Positions 1 to 7,637 of a stretch of DNA of 64,000 nt are shown one piece after another. The stretch is from the NCBI GenBank assembly GCA_015232315.1, contig JADFZZ010000027.1, positions 482 to 64,481 of the forward strand, read 5' to 3'. The notes below the pieces were generated by a model that saw only the letters and a program-made list of their open reading frames with translations, ran no database searches and was not told the origin of the DNA. How positions within the stretch are numbered: the first letter of the stretch is position 1; each line of letters opens with the position of its first letter. Made by a program: the position numbers and the translations under genes. Source of the stretch: SAR324 cluster bacterium (GTDB taxonomy: Bacteria > SAR324 > NAC60-12).

Positions 1-34
1 CTGCACAGCTAACAAAATTTCAGGACTCCTCCCC

Positions 35-1615
35 ATGCCGCTATTGGTCACTCAGGCCGACAGTAAAATTTCAGGATTGATACTGGCGTTATTTCTTTTC
101 CTGTGGACATGGGCCTCATGGCCTGTTCTGACCATGGACGTGCGGAACGCGCATGAAGCGGCAGTGCTGTGGTCTGATGAAGGCCGACATATTCGCACTC
201 TGGAAAAAATGAAATCTGAAAAGACTCTGGAACTGCTGCATCCCGCCTATACCGGCGGATATCCCAATTTGTCATTTCTGGTTACAACTGTTGTGGAATG
301 GTGGCCTTTGTCTGAAATGAATCCTGTCATCACGGGTTCCCGCATCACGTCCTGGGGATGTTCCATCTTGATGCTAGGGACTGTTTTCCTGGGTGTCTGG
401 CGGTTGTTCGGGCACTGGGGCTGGGGATTGGTCGCAGTCCTGCTGACAGGAACCCATCGCTGGATACGTTTCTTTGCCGTGACCTTGCACCCGGAACCAC
501 CCATGCTGGCAGGAATCACCATAGCCCTTGTGTCAGGAGCTTTTTATCTGCGGAATCCCCGATTTCATTATCTGGGATGGATGGCCGCCGGGTCCGCACT
601 CGCTATTGGAAGCAAACTTCAGGCATTGATGTTGATTCCATGGATGGCGGTCATTGGACTCACCGGACTTTGGAAAAGTCGTCAAACTTCAGCACAGGTT
701 GTCATAACCTGGGGTATGGGTGCTCTCGGAATCTTTCTTGGTGGTTTGCTGTTGATCACGCCCTGGCAATTGTTGCATCCGCAACGTCTGTGGGAGGGCA
801 TCCAATCCGAACGGAATTTTCAATCCATGAACCATCTCGGCGTGACGGAATGGCTGGAATATATCACGTCCAATGAACTCCTGGGAATCCCGTATTCACT
901 GCTGCTGTCAGGTTTTATCGCAGGGATGCTGTTCCAGTGTTACCGCACGTCATGGAATCTTCGAATCTGGCTGGACAAACCTGAAAATGCCCTGTTTTTT
1001 GGTAGCCTTCTCTGGGTCTGTGTCAGTATGGGGCATGTGATTCTGAGTGTGAATGTTTTGATCGCGCGATACGTGACACATGCGGTTCCCGCCTTGATGC
1101 TGATGCTGACAACGGGGTTGTTCCGGGCCAGAAATTCGCGATGGCCCAAAGGGCTTCAGGCAATGATCCTCCTGTTGCTGATCCTTGGATTGCAGCAACA
1201 AGCCAAACACACCCAGCGTGATTTTGACCGTAGACTTCAGATGTCAGAAAAAATTGCCGGAATCAGGCAGGTTATGAACGAAATTCAGCATCTGGTTCCG
1301 CACGAGGCGGTTATTCTCAGCCCACGGCTACAGTTTATTGAAAGCTCCATATTTCCAAAGGCGCTGGGCATGGAACCCACAGAATCCGTGATTCGTGAAA
1401 CCAGGCCTGAATTTCTGCTACTGCCGGATGATTATCTCCGTTTGTTGAGAAAAGAGGGCGTTGCTGAAAAAATATACACGCAAACTCCGGAATATGTGAC
1501 AAAAGCACAATTCTGGCATAAGCTGAGGGAACATGGTTTTTACGGACAATTCCGTGTTTATCGTTCCTGGCCTGAAGCAAATATCACCCTTTATCAGCGG
1601 AATCATGCGGACTGA
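35..1615 (+). CDS. Integral membrane glycosyltransferase, GT-C (ArnT/PMT-like) fold, with a C-terminal soluble domain; possibly 5'-truncated by the window edge
   Basis: Long ORF with many hydrophobic helices at the N-terminus, then a ~130-aa hydrophilic tail. No in-frame stop lies upstream of the first ATG in the window, so the true start may lie off-window. The family call rests on overall architecture only. Confidence 0.55.
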   Translation: MPLLVTQADSKISGLILALFLFLWTWASWPVLTMDVRNAHEAAVLWSDEGRHIRTLEKMKSEKTLELLHPAYTGGYPNLSFLVTTVVEWWPLSEMNPVITGSRITSWGCSILMLGTVFLGVWRLFGHWGWGLVAVLLTGTHRWIRFFAVTLHPEPPMLAGITIALVSGAFYLRNPRFHYLGWMAAGSALAIGSKLQALMLIPWMAVIGLTGLWKSRQTSAQVVITWGMGALGIFLGGLLLITPWQLLHPQRLWEGIQSERNFQSMNHLGVTEWLEYITSNELLGIPYSLLLSGFIAGMLFQCYRTSWNLRIWLDKPENALFFGSLLWVCVSMGHVILSVNVLIARYVTHAVPALMLMLTTGLFRARNSRWPKGLQAMILLLLILGLQQQAKHTQRDFDRRLQMSEKIAGIRQVMNEIQHLVPHEAVILSPRLQFIESSIFPKALGMEPTESVIRETRPEFLLLPDDYLRLLRKEGVAEKIYTQTPEYVTKAQFWHKLREHGFYGQFRVYRSWPEANITLYQRNHAD

Positions 1616-2657
1616 TCATTGTTATCAAGGAATTCTTTACCGACTATGGACATGCGTTGTGTGCCTCATTGTCGCGGGATCATCGTTGTATGCGGAAGAT
1701 TGTTTTGTGCTGGTTGACAAAGCACAGGGAGTTGAGCGTTCGGTGGTGGAAATGATGGCTGTCGCACTGATCAGTGAAAATATCCGACCGGTCAAACCTG
1801 TGACTGCCGCCGCTGAAATCAAACAGGACCAATGTGTGTACCGCGTCGAGTTTGACAGCACCGCTTCAGGCTCAACCCTCACCTTGAGCGGTAAAACTCA
1901 GGCCTCCGGGACATCGCCCAAAACAGGAATTCTGGGATTGAATGAAGCCTTGATGAACGCTGTGAATGTGTCACTCAAGTCGGCCCGGAACGCGCCAGAA
2001 TCAGTGAATCCTTTGGTTCAGGAAGGAGACGACTGGTTTTATGGAAAGAAAAGTTATAAGGATTACACCCAGGCCGCAAAGTGGTATCAGCGCGCCGCGG
2101 AGAAAGGTGTTGTGGAAGGACAGAAAAAACTGGGCTATCTTTATCTGAACGGACTCGGTGTTCCGCGGGAATCAGAAACAGCGTTCAAGTGGTATCAACT
2201 CGCCGCACAGGCAGGCGATCCGGAAGCACAAAACAGCCTGGGCGTTTTATATCAGTATGGCAATGGCGTCACACTCAATTATCCGCAGGCATTATTCTGG
2301 TACATCAAAGCCACCGATCAAGGCAATCCGGACGCCCAGAGCAATCTGGGCTATATGTATCTCAATGGCTATGTTGTCAAAAAAGATCCAAAGACCGCAC
2401 TGTCGTTGTTTCTGAAAGCCGCGGATCAGGGAAATTCCCTGGCCTTTGCCTACATTGGTTATTGTTATCAAATGGGCTATGAGGTTTCAAAGGATGACAT
2501 CAAAGCTGTGGAGTGGTATCGAAAATCCGCTGAAGCCGGCAATCCTTACGGGGCTTCAAGGCTGGCGTATATGTACATGTATGGTTATGGTGTCGAAAAA
2601 AATCAGCAGGAAGCCATGCGCTGGTATGAGCGAGCCTCACAAAAGTCAGGGGAATAA
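1605..2657 (+). CDS. Sel1-repeat (TPR-like) secreted protein
   Basis: Repeated Sel1 signature (e.g. 'AAKWYQRAAEKG...GYLYLNGLGV', 'AFKWYQLAAQAGDPEAQNSLGVLY'). Internal ATG at 1605 (MRTDHCY...) gives an N-terminal signal-like hydrophobic stretch and overlaps the upstream gene by 11 nt. Confidence 0.8.
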   Translation: MRTDHCYQGILYRLWTCVVCLIVAGSSLYAEDCFVLVDKAQGVERSVVEMMAVALISENIRPVKPVTAAAEIKQDQCVYRVEFDSTASGSTLTLSGKTQASGTSPKTGILGLNEALMNAVNVSLKSARNAPESVNPLVQEGDDWFYGKKSYKDYTQAAKWYQRAAEKGVVEGQKKLGYLYLNGLGVPRESETAFKWYQLAAQAGDPEAQNSLGVLYQYGNGVTLNYPQALFWYIKATDQGNPDAQSNLGYMYLNGYVVKKDPKTALSLFLKAADQGNSLAFAYIGYCYQMGYEVSKDDIKAVEWYRKSAEAGNPYGASRLAYMYMYGYGVEKNQQEAMRWYERASQKSGE

Positions 2658-2684
2658 CAACGAAGGGGTATCTGACGGACACAC

Positions 2685-2712
2685 GTAGAGATGCGCTATA
2701 GCGCGTCTCTAC
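2685..2712 (+). terminator. Near-perfect hairpin (12-bp stem, 4-nt loop) 28 nt downstream of the Sel1 gene; candidate terminator, but no T-run follows
   Basis: gtagagatgcgc-tata-gcgcgtctctac, read directly from the sequence. Confidence 0.35.
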
Positions 2713-2801
2713 AGAACAGCGGGTCAGAATTTTTTCAACGTTCTGTCTTCACTTTGAAAAAAGCAGGCAGTTTCACAATCACCAATGAATGAAGAGGTAC
2801 A

Positions 2802-3251
2802 ATGCACAAGGTTGATGAGTCATGGCTTGAACAATTGTCAGATGATGAAAAAACATGGCTGGCCATTGCCATGGCAGGATTGATTGTTTCAGACGGCGTC
2901 GTGGACGCCAGCGAACTGGAGTATCTGGGAAGCACGATTGCGTTTGTCAAAAATCCTGACACCATCAAACAGATCATTCAACTGGTGCGTGACCGTCGCC
3001 TGCCACCGATGAAAAATCTGAATGTTTCAGGATTGCTGGCGTATCAGATGCTAAAAACCCTGTCTGTCGTTGCGGTGGTGGATAAAAAATTTTCCAGAAA
3101 TGAAGCAGAATTTCTGAAAATCGCCGGAAATCGCCTGGGACTGGACCCGCCATTTATTGAAGAAGTGCTGAAACTGGCCAAAATTCAGGTTCAGTTTCTC
3201 CGGGAAGATGCCCGGTTGAACGAGATTGCCAGTCATATTGTCAGGCAGTGA
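2802..3251 (+). CDS. TerB-like / DjlA-N-terminal-like small cytoplasmic protein
   Basis: 149-aa ORF with an ATG start; paired amphipathic helices with acidic motifs (DGVVDASELEYL...; NEAEFLKIAGNRLGLD) resemble the tellurite-resistance TerB fold. The assignment is approximate. Confidence 0.5.
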   Translation: MHKVDESWLEQLSDDEKTWLAIAMAGLIVSDGVVDASELEYLGSTIAFVKNPDTIKQIIQLVRDRRLPPMKNLNVSGLLAYQMLKTLSVVAVVDKKFSRNEAEFLKIAGNRLGLDPPFIEEVLKLAKIQVQFLREDARLNEIASHIVRQ

Positions 3252-3284
3252 CACTCGTAAAAATATTTAATAGGCATCCTCTGG

Positions 3285-5138
3285 TTGCGTTCAATTATGC
3301 GTTTATTCTCAACACCTCTCATTACCATTTTTATTGTCCTGACCGGAATTCTAAATTTGCGTTCCGGTGTGCTTCTTGCCGCTGAATCTGTCCAATGCCA
3401 TGCAGTGGCTGAAACTGATTTTCCGCAACAGTTGGAACAACTCCGCAATGAACAAGGTTTGCCTGTTTCCTGGGAGGAATATCAACGCCAGACTTCTAAA
3501 ACCATCCTTGAGCTACAGCCGGTTCGCCAGACACAAACCCTTGCGATAAACACGGTTGAGGGAAAACAGGGCACTGCCACCCTGATCAATCTCAACCCCG
3601 TAATCAACATCTGGTTTGTCCTCAAACTTAAATGGAACGATGATTCCATCCAGGAATATCATCTTGAAAATCCCTTTCCAAAAAAACAGCTCTTCAAACT
3701 GCTCGCCGCAAATCCTCCGGAGTTCCAGTTCCAGACAGCCAGCCAGCAATGTTCTTGTGATTTGTGGAACTCCGCTTCCGGCTCTGAATTAGCAAACGCG
3801 ATAAAGCGTAATCGGGCCTATGAGGGACTGTGTGGAAACAATGTGTATTTGCGGAATAAAACAGAAGGCAACAAAACCAATCTGGAAATCGTGACAGACT
3901 GGTTGAGAAATAATGTCTGGGCTGGTGAAGAAATTGTGCGGTTTGTCAAAAATCAGTTTTATCAGGATGCGTTTCTCCAGACCTCAAAAGTCATCGAATC
4001 CCAAGCTGGAGAGCTTGTGTCTATCGTGCCGTCGGGGCCGCTCCCTCCAAAAATCAATCCCGACTATCAGGGGTACCTGCTGAACGCTCCTGAACGTGGT
4101 TTGCGGTTGAGTGCCATGACAGGCTCTGAACTGCTGGTTGGAGCGTGGTATCCTGTGCAGGATCTCCCCGGTGTTTTCCTGAGTGTTGTTCAGCCTCAAC
4201 TTGTGGCCCAAGACATCCTTGAAAAGCAAAAAAAACTGACCAATCCCCTGGATGAAATCGAAAATGAGGCTCTGGTCTATATGGTGGCTTTTGATCTGAA
4301 TCAACTGGAAATGGGATTTGCAATGGGGACCGAACATCCCCGTGTGGATTGGTCAGAACGTGTGCAGGACGAGGTGCTGGAACGTTCCCTGCCCGGACCA
4401 GATGGCATCGCAACGGTGGCACCCCTGGCTATGACAGGCAGAGTTCCTCCCTACAGGGTGAAACAGACAGTTGCCACGTTTATTGGCGGCTTCAAACGCT
4501 TGCATGGCGCATTCAAATGGGGCGAACTGGCTAAAACAAATCATGGCCATCACTATGGTTTTATCGAGAACGGCGTCATTTTGAGCAAATTGCAACCCTC
4601 CCTGGCCACCGTGGTAGTTTATAACAATGGTCAGGTTGCCTTGAAAACATGGACGGCAAGAGAAGATCAATTTCTGCCAACCATCCGTCATGCCCGTCAA
4701 AACGGTGTTCCCTTGATTGATCAGGATGCTACCGGCAACATCAAACCGGGAGCGTATGTCAAAAACTGGGGGCAGGGAAATTGGTCTGGTTCCGCAGAAC
4801 AACGGTTCCGCACCTTGAGAGCCGGACTGGGATTTCAGCCCAATAAGGGAAAAGGATTTTTGCTGTATGGATTGTTTACCGGAGCCACAACTTCGGCCCT
4901 GGCAAGAGTGTTTGAGGCGTATCAGGTCAACTATGCCATGCAACTGGATATCAATGCGCTGGAACACACCTATCTTGCGGTTTATCCCTTGAAAGATGGA
5001 CAATTTGAAGTCCAGCATCTCATCAAGGGCATGGATGTGCTGGATAAATCGCACAAGGGACAGACGGTTCCACGGTTTATCGGTTTTTCTGACAATCGTG
5101 ATTTTTTTTATATGTTCCGGAAGACGGTGTCACCATGA
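3285..5138 (+). CDS. Secreted/anchored hypothetical protein (617 aa); C-terminal region weakly resembles the phosphodiester-glycosidase (DUF2233) family
   Basis: N-terminal hydrophobic signal/anchor (…LITIFIVLTGILNLRSGVLLAAES). Alternative ATG at 3297. The stop overlaps the next gene's ATG (ATGA at 5135-5138). Confidence 0.6.
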   Translation: MRSIMRLFSTPLITIFIVLTGILNLRSGVLLAAESVQCHAVAETDFPQQLEQLRNEQGLPVSWEEYQRQTSKTILELQPVRQTQTLAINTVEGKQGTATLINLNPVINIWFVLKLKWNDDSIQEYHLENPFPKKQLFKLLAANPPEFQFQTASQQCSCDLWNSASGSELANAIKRNRAYEGLCGNNVYLRNKTEGNKTNLEIVTDWLRNNVWAGEEIVRFVKNQFYQDAFLQTSKVIESQAGELVSIVPSGPLPPKINPDYQGYLLNAPERGLRLSAMTGSELLVGAWYPVQDLPGVFLSVVQPQLVAQDILEKQKKLTNPLDEIENEALVYMVAFDLNQLEMGFAMGTEHPRVDWSERVQDEVLERSLPGPDGIATVAPLAMTGRVPPYRVKQTVATFIGGFKRLHGAFKWGELAKTNHGHHYGFIENGVILSKLQPSLATVVVYNNGQVALKTWTAREDQFLPTIRHARQNGVPLIDQDATGNIKPGAYVKNWGQGNWSGSAEQRFRTLRAGLGFQPNKGKGFLLYGLFTGATTSALARVFEAYQVNYAMQLDINALEHTYLAVYPLKDGQFEVQHLIKGMDVLDKSHKGQTVPRFIGFSDNRDFFYMFRKTVSP

Positions 5139-6139
5139 GTAAATATATTCTTATTTTTTGTTTGGTATTTTTTCTGACGGCCTCATTATGTTCGGGACAA
5201 TCCCGAATTGCGGTGACAGCCGAAAAGGAACAACTGTTTCTGCGAATACAACAGAGCCACCATTTGAATGAGTCGCAAACAGCCGCCTTGCGTCATATTT
5301 TTTTCCGATCTCCTGTCCTGAGTCAGGGAAATCCTGCCATCACCCATCACCCTGTGACACGGTCTGAATGTGAACAACAGCGCAAAGATTCAGGCTTGAT
5401 CTATGAAAATCCCGAATTTGAGAAAATTTGCGGGTCGCCCTACATGGCGCCGTTATATGATCCCTCTAAAAACAGACCAGAGGAGGCAAAAGCCTGTGTG
5501 GATCAGTTTGAGTTTCCTGATATCCCCTGCGAATACCCCGTCGTCTGGGTACGCGCAAAGGAAGCCGCTGAAATCTGTTCGGCAATGGGCAAACGCTTGT
5601 GCGATGCCCATGAATGGGAAGGTGCCTGTGCCGGCGCCCTGGAAGACGCGGATTATCGTTTTGATCTGGTCAAGGAACAGACTCTGGAAACCTCCATCCG
5701 GCAGATGCGGGAAGCGCATAACCGCAAACATGGCCCACATAAAAACTGGAGCTATGGTTCTCAATATCAGACCGGGATCTGCGGCGCAAACAGCGTCAAG
5801 GATGAAAAATGCGAGGGCGGACAATGGAACACCTGTGGCTCCAACACCTATCCCACGGGTTTTTTTGCAAAATGCAAAAGTCTTTCGGGGGTGTATGATC
5901 TCAATGGCAATGCCGCAGAACACATGAATCTGCCTCTTGCGGAACAGCAGATGAGTAGCAAGGGTAGCACCCAACTGGGATATACAGAAATGAAAGGAAG
6001 CTGGTTTATTTTTGACAAATACAAAGCCCATGAAGACTGGTGCCGCTGGCGTGCTCCTTTCTGGCATGGCTCAAAAGTGATGGACCCCGACAGCCATCAT
6101 AATTACCATCTGGGTTTCCGTTGCTGTAAAACGCTATAA
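5135..6139 (+). CDS. Formylglycine-generating-enzyme (FGE/SUMF1) fold protein, secreted
   Basis: Signal peptide (MSKYILIFCLVFFLTASLCSG). The C-terminal motifs 'GVYDLNGNAAEHM' and 'HHNYHLGFRC' match the FGE-sulfatase domain signature (…GNVWEW… / …LGFRC). Cys-rich. Confidence 0.75.
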   Translation: MSKYILIFCLVFFLTASLCSGQSRIAVTAEKEQLFLRIQQSHHLNESQTAALRHIFFRSPVLSQGNPAITHHPVTRSECEQQRKDSGLIYENPEFEKICGSPYMAPLYDPSKNRPEEAKACVDQFEFPDIPCEYPVVWVRAKEAAEICSAMGKRLCDAHEWEGACAGALEDADYRFDLVKEQTLETSIRQMREAHNRKHGPHKNWSYGSQYQTGICGANSVKDEKCEGGQWNTCGSNTYPTGFFAKCKSLSGVYDLNGNAAEHMNLPLAEQQMSSKGSTQLGYTEMKGSWFIFDKYKAHEDWCRWRAPFWHGSKVMDPDSHHNYHLGFRCCKTL

Positions 6140-6157
6140 AACTTTTATTCAGACTTA

Positions 6158-6233
6158 CATCCCCCTAACCCCCTTGAACCAAGGGGGAATTAATACTCAG
6201 CACCATTCAGAATGCTTAAGTTGACGACATTGG
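6158..6233 (-). mobile_element. Half-copy of the family-A MITE (core 'CCCCC…GGGGG' module plus one terminal inverted repeat)
   Basis: Its reverse complement matches the left ~75 bp of the full element at 12091-12246, including the TIR CAATGTCGTCAACTTAAGCATTCTGAATGGTGCTG. Confidence 0.55.
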
Positions 6234-6304
6234 GCTACCATTCCCGGTATCGTCCTGCCCGGTTCGCCACTCACTGGCTAAACGATGACTAAGGCCACAA
6301 TTAC

Positions 6305-7201
6305 CTACCGCCGCTGAACGGTCAGCATACGATCCAGATGCGTTATGATTCCTTCATCACTCAAAACCGGAGCCAACAGGGGATTTTTCAGAACATCCCT
6401 GATGTTGTAAGCTTTGTCATTGATCCACATGGTTTGATAGACCAGCCGGACTCCATGGCTGTAATCCGCGTATTCCGCGCCATGAAATGTACTGAGTGGT
6501 TGAATCGGAACCCCATCCGGTTTTTGCCAGCCATAAATGGCGATCCTTCCCGGACGTTTATTCAATAAATTGGTCAAGACAATGTCCTTTTTGTGTCCGG
6601 CTGTCAATTCTCCCAACGCGCAACCTTCTTTATTCCTCTGAGCCTTGATGTCCTGCTGGTGTTGCCAATAATATTCAATGGAGCGCATCCTTGGTCCCGG
6701 TTTCATGGTTTGTGGTTTCAATTGACAAGTCGCCTGTTCATAAATGATATCGACCATCCTGGGTGTGGGCAAAATGAAGCCCAGGTCATCGGCAATTTCA
6801 ATGGCTGTGCTATAATTCAGCGGAATCCTCAGAAAATCTTTGTCACTGCCAATGGCCAGATAATCAGGCATGACCCAGATGATGGCCGTGAGAGTTGCGC
6901 CTTCCGGTGTGATGTAGTTAAAACCTACAGGTTTCAATTTTCTCATGAACCCCGGAAGGTTTCCCTGTCTCAGTTCCACCAGTGCCCTGCGTTGCCGTTC
7001 GGAGGCCAGCATATCTCTGGTGATCTCAGCGAATTCTGCACCGGTGACAGCATCGTTCGGACGTCTTGAGATTTGAAAGGGAAAGGGACTGGTTGTCGAT
7101 TTGTTGCCGAAAACAGCAACAATCGTTTGTTCCGCCTGAACGGCAAAGGCTATTAAAACGGCAGTGACAATCAAACACAGGCAACGGAGGATGCATGACA
7201 T
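6305..7201 (-). CDS. Secreted hypothetical protein
   Basis: Internal ATG at 7199-7201 begins a signal peptide (MSCILRCLCLIVTAVLIAFAVQA). The annotated N-terminal 64 codons upstream of that ATG lie inside the 160-bp repeat (copy A) and are probably not translated. Confidence 0.55.
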   Translation of the reverse strand: MSCILRCLCLIVTAVLIAFAVQAEQTIVAVFGNKSTTSPFPFQISRRPNDAVTGAEFAEITRDMLASERQRRALVELRQGNLPGFMRKLKPVGFNYITPEGATLTAIIWVMPDYLAIGSDKDFLRIPLNYSTAIEIADDLGFILPTPRMVDIIYEQATCQLKPQTMKPGPRMRSIEYYWQHQQDIKAQRNKEGCALGELTAGHKKDIVLTNLLNKRPGRIAIYGWQKPDGVPIQPLSTFHGAEYADYSHGVRLVYQTMWINDKAYNIRDVLKNPLLAPVLSDEGIITHLDRMLTVQRR

Positions 7202-7293
7202 ACATTTAACAGGAAGGTCGGAACATTTGCGATTTCCTGCGGAATCGTATTTCCGACGTGGATTGAATACTTCTGCAAGTGGACATTTTTCCC

Positions 7294-7452
7294 GCTGTAA
7301 ATAATTTGGTGATGAACTCCTGTGGCCCTCCACGATGTCATCCCCGGGAAAACGGGGATCCAGGAGTGCGCCGATGGATTCCGTGTCAAGCACGGAATGA
7401 CACCGTGCGATGGTTTGATTCGGTTGCCGTCACCAGAAAATTTAAAGCAACC
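7294..7452 (+). repeat. ~160-bp hairpin-rich repeat, copy A (inverted partner at 51152-51319)
   Basis: About 90% identical to the reverse complement of 51152-51319. Contains the hairpins CATCCCCGggaaaaCGGGGATC and TTCCGTGtcaagCACGGAA. Intergenic, between a secreted-protein gene and the PAS kinase gene. Confidence 0.6.
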
Positions 7453-7637
7453 ATTTTTTTTGCAGGAATTCTCACCATATATGCCTGCTTCACAGGCATT
7501 GCAAGCGCTCACTTTTACCTCGCTGGTATTCAGTATTTTTCCGAATTTTCCGAAGAAAATCATTGTTTTCATAGTCCTGACTTGTTATGGTTTTTAAAAA
7601 ATGTGTTCAGTCTACTTTTTTCTTTGAAGGAAATGCC

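Noticed and set aside
4353-5054. 233-aa antisense ORF inside the 617-aa secreted-protein gene
   Set aside because: It is fully embedded antisense to a longer, better-supported ORF and has low-complexity composition.
5453-6067. 204-aa antisense ORF and a 174-aa +2-frame ORF within the FGE-like gene
   Set aside because: The FGE-domain motifs are on the annotated frame; the alternatives lack any motif.
6338-7069. ORFs 6338..6568 and 6593..7069 antisense to the 6305..7201 gene
   Set aside because: They are embedded in the opposite strand of a signal-peptide-bearing longer ORF.
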